A stretch of DNA of 43,407 nt from a virus (taxonomy: Duplodnaviria; Caudoviricetes), in the IMG/VR virus record IMGVR_UViG_3300011437_000007, positions 1 to 43,407 of that record; one strand, written 5' to 3'. The notes beneath the pieces were generated by a model that was not told where the DNA came from, did not search any database, and saw nothing but the letters and a program-made list of their open reading frames with translations. Numbering within the stretch: the first letter of the stretch is position 1; the number at the start of each line of letters is the position of its first letter. Shown piece after piece: positions 1-7,969 of this stretch. Both the position numbers and the translations under genes were made by a program.

Positions 1-123
1 ATCATTGGACCTGCGGCCCCGCGCCCGGCCGATTCCCCGTTTGTTCACTGTCCTGCTTACTCAACGGGCCCTGCTTGTCCGCCAATCCGCCGTGTCCGGC
101 GGGTTTCTTCGCGGCGGCTTTCG
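1..123. repeat. Terminal direct repeat (circular assembly overlap), identical to 43285-43407
   Basis: Exact 123-nt match. Joining the ends puts the portal stop (TGA) in an ATGA overlap with the start of the 42897-43289 gene. Confidence 0.97.
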
Positions 124-2059
124 CGGTGGCGTTCACCGCCGCGAGTTGCTCCATCAAGACCTGATTCTGGGCGCCGTCTTTGGCTTCCTGAATCGTCTGC
201 GCGTCAATCGCGACGCCGCACTGCGCGAGAATCTGCAACACGATCGGAAACTGCGGGGAGAGCGGATTCAAATCCTCCCCCTTGAAGCTGTAGCCGAGAC
301 TTGGCTCCGGCGTCTGCTCCGGCGGGGCCTGTGCCACATACGCGGCGGGATCTTCGCCGTAGAGTTGCACGATCTTGGTCAGCAGCGCGCCGCGATTCAT
401 CAGCGGATCTTTCGCCGCAAAGTTATAGAACTGCAGCCACGTCTTGCGTTCCGCCGCCGCATCCAGCTTGATCTGGCTATCGGCTTTCGCGGTGAACTTC
501 GGCCGCACATCGCCCTGCGCGACCATCGTCTGTCGCCACGTGAGATACGCCTGCGCCTGGGCGGGGCCGATCCATTCCGCCACCCGCTGGGGATCGGTGC
601 AGAACCGCAGCACGAGGGCGGCGACTTTATCGACCCCTTTCAGGTACCAGCGGAGCACGCGCTTCCGTTTCGCGTCCAGGCGTACGTTCCGCGATCGCGC
701 CACCTCGGCGGTCTTCGTCGCGGTTTCGTCCGCGTCCTCCGTCACCCCTTGGCCGGCCCCGTCGATCCCGTGGGTCTTTTCAATATCGCGCGTGATGTAG
801 TCGTTCGCGAGATACGTTTGCCGCGGGCTCGAGCCCTGCGTGAGCAACTGGAAATTATTTTGGAGGCCGCCCGCAAACGCCGCCGCCGGCAGGGGCACCA
901 GACTCCCGGTCATCGCCTGCGTGATCTTGTCCACCGCGTCGGGGGGGATGACCTCGGCGTTGTAGCCGAATTTCGGCGTGTTAATGTCGCGCTCGCGCAC
1001 CATCTGCGAGCGGAACAGACACAACTCCTGCACGAGCGGCCGGGTCATCTGCGCGTCCGCGGGCGGAAACGACGAATCCGGCAGGTCTTGTAAGACGATC
1101 GGGTGAATCGGATTCCCGATGAGCGAGTCGCCACTCAGCCGGCCATTCGGGAGCAGGGTTTGATACGGCGATTGCCACATCGGGTCGGGGGTGCCGTCCG
1201 GGCCGACCTGGTCGGCGAACGTCTCGAGCCCGTCAATGAGAATATGCCGCCGATAGATCAGCGGGTGGATCACGTCGTCATCGAAGAGCGCCGCCTGATA
1301 CCAGATGAGCACGAGATCGACGGAGGCCAGGCTGCTGTCGTCCGCCTGGGCGTCGGGATTGAGCACGGCCTCATCCCGCGTGCGCGTGCCTTCGAAGTCC
1401 GGCGGCAACGGACAGATCCGGCGCGCCGCCCGGAGCGGCAGGCGGGCTTTCATCGCCAGCCACGGGGCCGTGTCGAACGCGGTGTCATGGAAGTCGGCCG
1501 GGCGCAGGAACTTCTTATTCGAGAGGGTGTCCCAGAACCACTGCTCGTACACGGGCACCGGCGTCGGCTGCGACAGCCCCAGCACGGCCCCCGGCTGCGA
1601 CACCCCGCCCGGTGGGATCTGCTGAATCGTCGGCTGATAGCCGATGACCGTCGGCCCGACCCCCGACACGGCGACGCAGCTTTTAATGGCTTTCAGCGTG
1701 GTGGTCAGCGCGTCGATGTGGTCGGCCCCGAGGATCGCATTCAACAGATTCTTGAAGGCCACGACACCGGGCGCGGTCGGCTCGAACCCCGCGCCGGGGA
1801 CCACCTGTAGTTCCGGCGTGTCAAAGAACAACTGCGAGACGATCACTTCGGTCTGCGCGTAATCCACGTTCACGTTCACGTAATCCGTGGTCGGCGCGCT
1901 CGTCAACGGGGTGCCGGCGTAGTAATCCAGGTTCGTCTGCCAGGCGGCGGCGTGCTCGTCGTTGATCCGCACGGCGCGGTCCACTTCGTCCCACCAGAAC
2001 TGGAGGCCATGCGGCGCATTAGCGGGCATGGCAAGCCTTTGGAGTAAAATAGACGGCAT
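2..2059 (-). CDS. Portal protein (start may be 2029)
   Basis: 685-aa ORF downstream of TerL and upstream of scaffold/capsid on the circle. Has a 'TATxxAxxxxxxNVRLD' segment and a Q/A-rich C-terminal tail typical of P22-like portals. Confidence 0.85.
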   Translation of the reverse strand: MPSILLQRLAMPANAPHGLQFWWDEVDRAVRINDEHAAAWQTNLDYYAGTPLTSAPTTDYVNVNVDYAQTEVIVSQLFFDTPELQVVPGAGFEPTAPGVVAFKNLLNAILGADHIDALTTTLKAIKSCVAVSGVGPTVIGYQPTIQQIPPGGVSQPGAVLGLSQPTPVPVYEQWFWDTLSNKKFLRPADFHDTAFDTAPWLAMKARLPLRAARRICPLPPDFEGTRTRDEAVLNPDAQADDSSLASVDLVLIWYQAALFDDDVIHPLIYRRHILIDGLETFADQVGPDGTPDPMWQSPYQTLLPNGRLSGDSLIGNPIHPIVLQDLPDSSFPPADAQMTRPLVQELCLFRSQMVRERDINTPKFGYNAEVIPPDAVDKITQAMTGSLVPLPAAAFAGGLQNNFQLLTQGSSPRQTYLANDYITRDIEKTHGIDGAGQGVTEDADETATKTAEVARSRNVRLDAKRKRVLRWYLKGVDKVAALVLRFCTDPQRVAEWIGPAQAQAYLTWRQTMVAQGDVRPKFTAKADSQIKLDAAAERKTWLQFYNFAAKDPLMNRGALLTKIVQLYGEDPAAYVAQAPPEQTPEPSLGYSFKGEDLNPLSPQFPIVLQILAQCGVAIDAQTIQEAKDGAQNQVLMEQLAAVNATAKAAAKKPAGHGGLADKQGPLSKQDSEQTGNRPGAGPQVQ

Positions 2060-2618
2060 GCGTGAGCGTATTCAGGTCGGTCGGCTGTTCGGTCGATGGA
2101 CGGTTGTTGCAAAACTCCCGTCGCGGAGCTGGCCGAGCGGAAGCACCTACCCCGTCTGGCTCTGTCGCTGCTCGTGTGGGACGGAACGCAGCGTCAGCGC
2201 GCCACATCTCGCCACGGGGCACAGCCAGTCGTGCGGGTGTTATTACGCAGAACATATTCGCACTGGCGCAAACCTGCGCCACGGGCACGGGCGTCATGGA
2301 AGGCAATCGCCGGAATATCGCGCCTGGTGTGGAGCACTGTCCCGCTGTCACACCGCCACGACGAGCAGCTATCCGCACTACGGCGGGCGTGGTATCGGCG
2401 TGTGCGATCGCTGGCGACGCAGTTTTGACGCCTTCCTTGCCGACATGGGGCCGAAGCCGTCTGTTGGCCACTCGTTGGACCGCATCGACAATGACGGCCA
2501 CTACGAACCGGCGAATTGCCGCTGGGCGACAAAGAGTCAGCAGGCGCGCAATCGTCGGCGTCCTACGCATTCCGCCTCACACTCTCAGCGCCAAGTCGCG
2601 ACGCTGACGTTCGACTAA
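2058..2618 (+). CDS. HNH homing endonuclease, antisense, between terL and portal
   Basis: [54 protein letters not shown] motifs. Confidence 0.9.
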   Translation: MRERIQVGRLFGRWTVVAKLPSRSWPSGSTYPVWLCRCSCGTERSVSAPHLATGHSQSCGCYYAEHIRTGANLRHGHGRHGRQSPEYRAWCGALSRCHTATTSSYPHYGGRGIGVCDRWRRSFDAFLADMGPKPSVGHSLDRIDNDGHYEPANCRWATKSQQARNRRRPTHSASHSQRQVATLTFD

Positions 2619-4137
2619 CACTCTGACGCAGCGCACCCATCGTGCCTGGGGCGAACGTGTGTGGTGCCTTCGCAGACACAGCCGGACTCGGCCGGCTCAT
2701 AAACTGATACCGCGTCTCGTCGATCGCGTGATCGTCGCCATTGGTATCCACATCGTCTGGATTCTTCTTGTCGCTCCGCGCGTTCGGAATCGAGCGAACC
2801 GTGTACTTCGCGTCCGGGTGACACATAAACCACGGTCGGCCGTCCGGAGCGTCCCGTAAGAAGGCTTGGAACCGCTGCCAGCCGTTAAACCGGTCGTTGT
2901 CGGCTTTGATGCACGGGACACCGTAGTGCCTGAGGGTTTCCATGATCGACTGACCGAGAAACTGGCCGTCGCGATGCGTCGAGCCAGTCTTGTTATCAAT
3001 AGCCGGGTCTGCCGCGGTATAGGCCACCGTCGTAATGCCTAGTTCGGCGTCGATCTTCAAGATACCCTTCGCCACGTCAGGCTCATCGAGGCCGCGGAAC
3101 TTCCAGTCGAACCGCTTATAGACGCGCCCGTCTCCGAGGGTGGCATACCAGCCCACGCACCCCGGTTGATTCCGGCCCCAGTCGAGGCTGCGTGTCCACC
3201 GGACCGTCGCTGGATCGAAGTCCAAGACGGCGACGTGGTGGGACTCCTGCCACTGCGAGAAAAATTGACCGGAGAAAATTCTCCAATCGCCATGACGCAG
3301 CTGCTCATACCGCCACTTGGGTAACAGCGCCAGCGTCGTGAGGTAGTCCGGGTCAATGTACGGGTTGTCGTCCAGCGTCGCCGGGATGTACGTAAAGTTC
3401 GCCGGGTCATACACCGCCTGCAACGCCGGATACCGCTCGAAATCCGGCGCATGATCCACAAACACCTGCAACAGCGCCTGACTCGTCGGACCGCCCGGAT
3501 TGGAGGGAATCACAAATTTCGCCCCGCCGGCCGCCCGCACCAATGGCTTATTCGACCGCGCGCGCGTGGACAGTTCCAGCAACGGCACCTCGCCCAGCTC
3601 GCCGATGGGATACTGCGACCCCTCATCCGCCGCAATCGCGTCATACTCCGTCGACAGGTAGTTCTGCACCGCGTCTGCATCCTCCATGTGCCCGCACTGA
3701 ATCAACGACCCGTTCGGAAACCGCAACACCCCCTCCGACTTCACCAGCGTCGCCCCCAGCAGCCGCGCCTCCGTCTCCATCCGCCGAATGTGCGTCTGCA
3801 ATAACTGCTTGTAGTTCTCCCTCAGCAACAACGCCTCAAACCCCGGAATCGTCAAACACTGCCGATACAACCACCACCGCACCCCCGTACTCTTCCCAGG
3901 CCCCGCCGCCCCCCCCCACAAAATGTTCCGCGCCGGGCACTCCCACATCACCACCTGCTTCGGCACCGGCACAAATAAACACTGCGCCTCTTTCCCCTTC
4001 CGCGTCACCGTCAACGCCTGCGCCACCTGCCGACTCCAGCACGCCCCCGTCGGACACAGCCAACACGTCAGCCCCCCCACCTCCGACTCCACTAGCCCCG
4101 CCTGACACCAGCAACACCGCGCCGTCGCATGCGTCAC
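2563..4137 (-). CDS. terL: Terminase large subunit
   Basis: Walker [10 protein letters not shown], Walker B AIAADE, coupling motif SNPGG, RNase H-like nuclease LDWG and [10 protein letters not shown]. Confidence 0.95.
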   Translation of the reverse strand: MTHATARCCWCQAGLVESEVGGLTCWLCPTGACWSRQVAQALTVTRKGKEAQCLFVPVPKQVVMWECPARNILWGGAAGPGKSTGVRWWLYRQCLTIPGFEALLLRENYKQLLQTHIRRMETEARLLGATLVKSEGVLRFPNGSLIQCGHMEDADAVQNYLSTEYDAIAADEGSQYPIGELGEVPLLELSTRARSNKPLVRAAGGAKFVIPSNPGGPTSQALLQVFVDHAPDFERYPALQAVYDPANFTYIPATLDDNPYIDPDYLTTLALLPKWRYEQLRHGDWRIFSGQFFSQWQESHHVAVLDFDPATVRWTRSLDWGRNQPGCVGWYATLGDGRVYKRFDWKFRGLDEPDVAKGILKIDAELGITTVAYTAADPAIDNKTGSTHRDGQFLGQSIMETLRHYGVPCIKADNDRFNGWQRFQAFLRDAPDGRPWFMCHPDAKYTVRSIPNARSDKKNPDDVDTNGDDHAIDETRYQFMSRPSPAVSAKAPHTFAPGTMGALRQSVSRTSASRLGAESVRRNA

Positions 4138-4904
4138 CCCGGCACTCCCTGACCAGACGCCGCACGCGCACGCCCCCTTTTTTTCTTGCGGGGCCCGGCC
4201 ACAGACCCGCCTTTTACACCAGCGGCACTGTCCTGACCACCAGCGGGGGGGGCGGTGGGGTGGGGCCCCCTTGGGGATTCGACCGCAGGAATCGGCCGAT
4301 CCAGATCAGCGCCAGGCTCGAGCTGGCACGGTGCCCCGTTAGTTAACGGAACGTCGCTTATAAGACTCGAAGGTAGCGCGAATGTCTCTGTTTCCAACGA
4401 CTTAGCTGTGTCTATATTGACGACGGGCGGGGCGAAAGTCGGGGGCGAAAGTACGCCCACTTTCACGTCGCCATGCGCCACCCCGATCTGGACGACCACT
4501 TGGGGGACGCTGACATCCTCTTTCCGTAGTGCAAATTGCTCAGGATCGGTGCGCTCGAGAATCCACGCATTACTTGCCCAGTAGCGCGGGTCATCTGCTG
4601 CACGCTCAATACGTTGCAGCCGTCGCAGTTTGCCTTCTGACCGGGCACGTTTTAGGGCGTTCACAAAGACTGCGTGCACGGAGTCGGGGTGCTGTGTAGC
4701 CTGTTCAATCCATCGTCCGAGGGTAATGGGGTTGAGTCCAGCGGCGAGGCAGCTATCGGTATTGTTGAGTCCTTTGCCCACGGCTTCGAGGAGGATCGCG
4801 ATGGTGTCGGGGTCGGCGAGATGGCTGTTGAGGGCGTGTGTGGTGGGGACTTCGCGGTGGTAGCGATCGGCGATGGCTTGGGCTTGTTGAGCGAGGCTGG
4901 GCAT
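4134..4904 (-). CDS. terS: Terminase small subunit with a long disordered C-terminal extension
   Basis: HTH-like 'SCLAAGLNPITLGRW' and 'WASNAWILER' segment; overlaps the terL start. ATG at 4904 preferred over the 5036 start. Confidence 0.75.
   Translation of the reverse strand: MPSLAQQAQAIADRYHREVPTTHALNSHLADPDTIAILLEAVGKGLNNTDSCLAAGLNPITLGRWIEQATQHPDSVHAVFVNALKRARSEGKLRRLQRIERAADDPRYWASNAWILERTDPEQFALRKEDVSVPQVVVQIGVAHGDVKVGVLSPPTFAPPVVNIDTAKSLETETFALPSSLISDVPLTNGAPCQLEPGADLDRPIPAVESPRGPHPTAPPAGGQDSAAGVKGGSVAGPRKKKRGRARAASGQGVPG
4341..4368 (-). promoter_or_regulatory. dif-like (XerC/XerD) recombination site candidate inside terS
   Basis: Minus strand GAGTCTTATAA-GCGACG-TTCCGTTAACT has the 11-6-11 layout. 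Identity to the E. coli dif arms (GGTGCGCATAA / TTATGTTAAAT) is 6/11 and 8/11. Confidence 0.45.
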
Positions 4905-5139
4905 CGTCTGGTGTGGGGGGGGCGATGGCGTGGCCGTGCTGCGCCCGGTCCACGGTCTGAATCGCCTAAGGAGTACTGTGGGCGGGAATGGTCGGAAACG
5001 CGAGGGAAACGTGAAAAAAGGGGCACAGAAGTCCACAGGAGTCCACGTGGGGGGATTGACACGGGATCTGTCCGATAATGGGATTGCTGTATTAATTCGT
5101 TAAGACTTCGGGCACTGTCTCAGTTTGCCCGACGGCGTT

Positions 5140-5331
5140 TCAATGCTTCACTTTGAAGATGTCCGGTCCCAGTCCGAGATTTGTGCAGACTGAGCGAATG
5201 ACATCAAGCGGCACCCAGTCATGCGGCGCTGAGCCGGGCATGAAGATCACAGCCACGATCGGTTCGGAGCCGTCAGACCCACGCACGATCGCGTAAGTGG
5301 TGCCTTCGAACTCTGTCGTGAGCACGGACAT
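5140..5331 (-). CDS. HicA-like small protein (putative toxin); true start may lie upstream
   Basis: C-terminus 'VPLDVIRSVCTNLGL' resembles the HicA C-terminal helix. The in-frame upstream stretch 'KLTFSQFQEILTN' resembles the HicA N-terminal helix. Adjacent to a HicB-like gene. Confidence 0.4.
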   Translation of the reverse strand: MSVLTTEFEGTTYAIVRGSDGSEPIVAVIFMPGSAPHDWVPLDVIRSVCTNLGLGPDIFKVKH

Positions 5332-5338
5332 CCGACAT

Positions 5339-5785
5339 TCACAGTTTGTGAGGATTTCTTGAAACTGACTGAACGTCAGTTTGGAGCGCCAGTCCGGACC
5401 ACGAGTGGGCGGTCTGTACCGGGTCGTTGGTCACCGCCGAGATCATGTGCCCCGTATTCGACAACATAGGCTCTGCGGTCATCGTTTGGCTGACGGCTAT
5501 CTTTTGCCACACTTCCCAGAAGGCATCCGGCGCTGGTTGGAGGGATGCAAACGGTTCTTGTTGATACCGTCCGGCTATTTCTATGTAGCCTACAACCGTT
5601 CGTTCGAATGCAAGCTTGGCTTGATCGATGTTCCGGCCGTGCGCAGCTATGTCATGTTCCAACGCTTGAGCGACCCAAGTGTCCGGGTCGTCTAGTTCAC
5701 GGAAGAAAAGAACACGCAGCAGGATCGGTTTAGCAGACAATGCAATCAGGTTATTGCCCAACGCGGCTGAATGGTGCAAGGTCAA
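5339..5785 (-). CDS. HicB-like antitoxin-fold protein
   Basis: 'WVAQALEHDIAAHGRNIDQAKLAF' matches the HicB partial RNase H fold pattern. Confidence 0.6.
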   Translation of the reverse strand: MTLHHSAALGNNLIALSAKPILLRVLFFRELDDPDTWVAQALEHDIAAHGRNIDQAKLAFERTVVGYIEIAGRYQQEPFASLQPAPDAFWEVWQKIAVSQTMTAEPMLSNTGHMISAVTNDPVQTAHSWSGLALQTDVQSVSRNPHKL

Positions 5786-5822
5786 TCTTTTATGGGGACG
5801 ATTCCTGTGCCACAGGGGTCAC

Positions 5823-6101
5823 TTAGCGGTTCCACGGCGCTTGCCTCGGAAAGAAATCAGAGATTTAGCAGCCGAGCGCATTCGCCAGCAGGACAAGGGT
5901 GCCGAGCGTGACGTTTCCGCCGCGCTCGATCTTGTTTATTCCCTGCTGACTCATATGGGCACGCTCGGCGAGTTGCCGTCTTGTCATGCCCGCATGCCGC
6001 TCGTCGTGAAATCCGGCGCAGGCCGTGCCGAGGTCAACCAGCAGTGTTGTGACGGTGTTGATCGAGGTGCCCGTCATGCGCGTAATCGCGCGCAGGCGGT
6101 T
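5823..6101 (-). pseudogene. Chimera of an IS1-like transposase N-terminal fragment and an XRE HTH with a premature TAA
   Basis: 'LRAITRMTGTSINTVTTLLVDLGTACAGFHDE' resembles the HTH region of IS1-like DDE transposases. It runs into 'MTRRQLAERAHMSQQGINKIERG..LANALGC*ISDFF'. Confidence 0.65.
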
Positions 6102-6417
6102 AGGTGAGTCGCGGGTCAGGCTGGCAAATCTTCTGAGGGACCGCCAGCCCTTCCCCCTGTGCGAGGAAAGGAGCCGAGTGTGATCAAATTAGGCCAAGGC
6201 GCGTAGGGCGCGCGTGACCCAAGGGGAGGGATGGTATATGCCCTCCCCAGCCCTTTTCCTGTTAATGATAGTACCACTAGTAGTTATCCACTTCAATAGT
6301 GGATTTCTTTTAGAAAGACGCCCATGAACGAACACTACATCGCGGTCCTTGCAGACCTTTGATTTTATCGAAGTCGAGGCCGTACGTCAAAATCAAAGGT
6401 CCTATGGCAGCGACATC

Positions 6418-6445
6418 ATCGGTTCGAATCCGATCCCGGTCTCCA
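6418..6445 (+). other. Isolated tRNA 3' end (T-arm, acceptor 3' strand, CCA)
   Basis: ATCGG-TTCGAAT-CCGAT is a perfect T-arm, followed by CCCGGTC-T-CCA. No pairing 5' half is found upstream. Confidence 0.6.
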
Positions 6446-6446
6446 G

Positions 6447-6683
6447 CTACTGTTCCCGCTTCTTCCAGCGGGCGCGAGCAGCGCGCGAGGCACTTGCTTG
6501 TCGTTCTGCGTCACTAAGTTTATCGGCGCGCGCCCGTCCCCCCTTCAACCCGCCCTTGCGCCCACGCTCCATGGCACTCTGATCCTTGTTTGAATCAGGA
6601 TCTGAATCGACTGCTTCTCCAACCGACAAGCCAACAATCAGCTTTGCGAGCTGATTCGGATCGCGCGGGCGCTTTCGTTTCAT
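6447..6683 (-). CDS. Small basic KGG-motif protein of the type found beside IS1-like transposases
   Basis: MKRKRPRDPNQLAKLIV...GRKGGLKGGRARADKLS..R..A..AARARW. Candidate promoter TTGACG-N18-CATACT with its -35 at the inner edge of the right TIR. Confidence 0.8.
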   Translation of the reverse strand: MKRKRPRDPNQLAKLIVGLSVGEAVDSDPDSNKDQSAMERGRKGGLKGGRARADKLSDAERQASASRAARARWKKREQ

Positions 6684-6715
6684 AACCGCAGTATGCGGCG
6701 ACGCCAATCCGCCCG

Positions 6716-6949
6716 TCAAACTGAGACAGTGCCAGACTTCGGGGATGGGGCGAGGGCGGTGAGCCAATGGTGGATGGCGATGCGGCGGTTGATGCGGATG
6801 AGGCGGCCATCGCGGGCGACGCCGTGGAGGCGGCCGGCGGCGATGCGACGGCGGACGGTTTTAGGGTGGACGTGGAGGAGGAGGGCGAGTTGCGCGACGG
6901 TCAGGAAGTCTTGGGCGCGGGCGACGGTGAGGGCATCCGGGATGGGCAT
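6716..6949 (-). CDS. Excisionase-like (HTH_17/MerR-type) DNA-binding protein
   Basis: [35 protein letters not shown]. The last 5 residues are encoded by the IS TIR. Confidence 0.8.
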   Translation of the reverse strand: MPIPDALTVARAQDFLTVAQLALLLHVHPKTVRRRIAAGRLHGVARDGRLIRINRRIAIHHWLTALAPSPKSGTVSV

Positions 6950-6954
6950 CGGGG

Positions 6955-7221
6955 TTAGCTCAGCTGGGTGGCGTAGGCGGTGTTGAGGTCGTCTGGGCTG
7001 GTCTCGAGCGCGCGCACGGTGACCACATCGCGCGTCAGGAGCGTATTGAGATCATCGGTCGGCGTCGTCACGGACAGGGCGTCCAGATGGCGGACGAAGA
7101 GGGTCGTGAGATCGAGCCCGCCCGCTGGGACGCCAGCCCCCGCAGCGGCCCACGTGCCGACCGCCCAGACGTCGTCCGCCCAGGAGGTGCCGGCGGCCCA
7201 ACTACTGCCAATCGCCGCCAT
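6955..7221 (-). CDS. Hypothetical protein, probably virion-associated
   Basis: 88-aa ORF with a GGAGG RBS, at the end of the tailspike cluster. Confidence 0.55.
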   Translation of the reverse strand: MAAIGSSWAAGTSWADDVWAVGTWAAAGAGVPAGGLDLTTLFVRHLDALSVTTPTDDLNTLLTRDVVTVRALETSPDDLNTAYATQLS

Positions 7222-7264
7222 GGTTACGTCATCCCTCCGAAGACCTCACGCACGCCGGTGTGCA

Positions 7265-7969
7265 TCAGGGGCCCCACGGCGTGGCGGCGCCGTCGCCGAC
7301 AATCGCCACGTCATTGACCCGTTGAATGTTGGCGTCCACCACGTTGGCGACCGTGAACGTGAGACTGTCCGTCTTGGCCTTGATGGCCGCGACTTCCGTG
7401 TCGAGGAAATTGTCGATCGTGTCGGCCTTGCCATCGATCGTGGTGGCGAGCGTGCCCAGCGCGTCGATCTTCGCGTCCAGCGTGGTGCCGGTATCCGTCA
7501 GGATGGCGTTGATCTGCGTCGTCAACTGCGTGTCGAGATCCAGCCCGCCGGCATCCGAGATCGGGAGGCCACCTGGGGCATCGGCCGCCGCATTCGGCAG
7601 AGCCGTGCCCGCCAACCCGCGAATCGCGTCGAGGAGACGCACCCGTAAGGACTCGGTAAAGGCCGTCGCCACTTTCACCGTGAGGATGACTTCATCCACG
7701 CCGGTGGCAAAGGCCGCATCGGGCCAGTCCACGCGATACAGGCCCGGCTGATCGGTCGCGTCGATCTCGATCGCCGTGTTATCGCTATGCGCCGAGTCCG
7801 TCGCGGCCAGCGCCGTGGCATCGACTTTCGCCACCGGGGCCACGCCCGATCGCACGTACTGCAGATCGATGCCGGTAATGGTCAACCCCGTCGCGTCCGT
7901 CCCATCCGCCGCCAGTCGGAGATGGAAATAGGTGGTGACGTTCGTGGCGCCCTTCGTGACCAGCATCAT
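7265..7969 (-). CDS. Tail fibre/spike adaptor-like structural protein
   Basis: Ala/Thr/Asp-rich with an Ig-like N-terminus ('PGLYRVDWPDAAF'). Start overlaps the upstream stop (TAATG). Confidence 0.6.
   Translation of the reverse strand: MMLVTKGATNVTTYFHLRLAADGTDATGLTITGIDLQYVRSGVAPVAKVDATALAATDSAHSDNTAIEIDATDQPGLYRVDWPDAAFATGVDEVILTVKVATAFTESLRVRLLDAIRGLAGTALPNAAADAPGGLPISDAGGLDLDTQLTTQINAILTDTGTTLDAKIDALGTLATTIDGKADTIDNFLDTEVAAIKAKTDSLTFTVANVVDANIQRVNDVAIVGDGAATPWGP

Larger units (their letters stand above)
5111..6733. mobile_element. Non-autonomous IS1-like element with passenger genes
   Basis: Perfect 17-bp TIRs GGCACTGTCTCAGTTTG (5111-5127) and CAAACTGAGACAGTGCC (6717-6733). 8-bp TSD AGACTTCG (5103-5110, 6734-6741). 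Lower GC than flanks; internal transposase N-terminal remnant. Confidence 0.92.

Noticed and set aside
1-123. Terminal repeat as a biological DTR
   Set aside because: It falls within the portal 3' end and the next gene's start, so it is best explained as assembler overlap on a circular or permuted genome.
5-1810. Long plus-strand ORFs opposite the portal (likewise 13017-13979, 35717-36781, 41485-42411)
   Set aside because: Shadow ORFs of high-GC coding sequence: Arg/Pro-rich, no motifs, fully overlapping well-supported minus-strand genes.
5056-5079. TTGACA...GATAAT sigma70 promoter
   Set aside because: The spacer is only 12 nt and it faces against the local genes.
5865-5867. Stop-codon reassignment suggested by the in-frame TAA
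   Set aside because: Single case in a decayed IS passenger; core genes are intact in code 11 and use TAA as a stop.
6113-6150. c-di-GMP-I riboswitch-like GGCAAA...GGGAC..GC
   Set aside because: Lacks the GNRA tetraloop, the GCAAA segment and the second hairpin with its receptor.
6370-6445. Complete tRNA gene
   Set aside because: No acceptor 5' strand, D-arm or anticodon arm at the expected spacing; only the 3' 28 nt fit.
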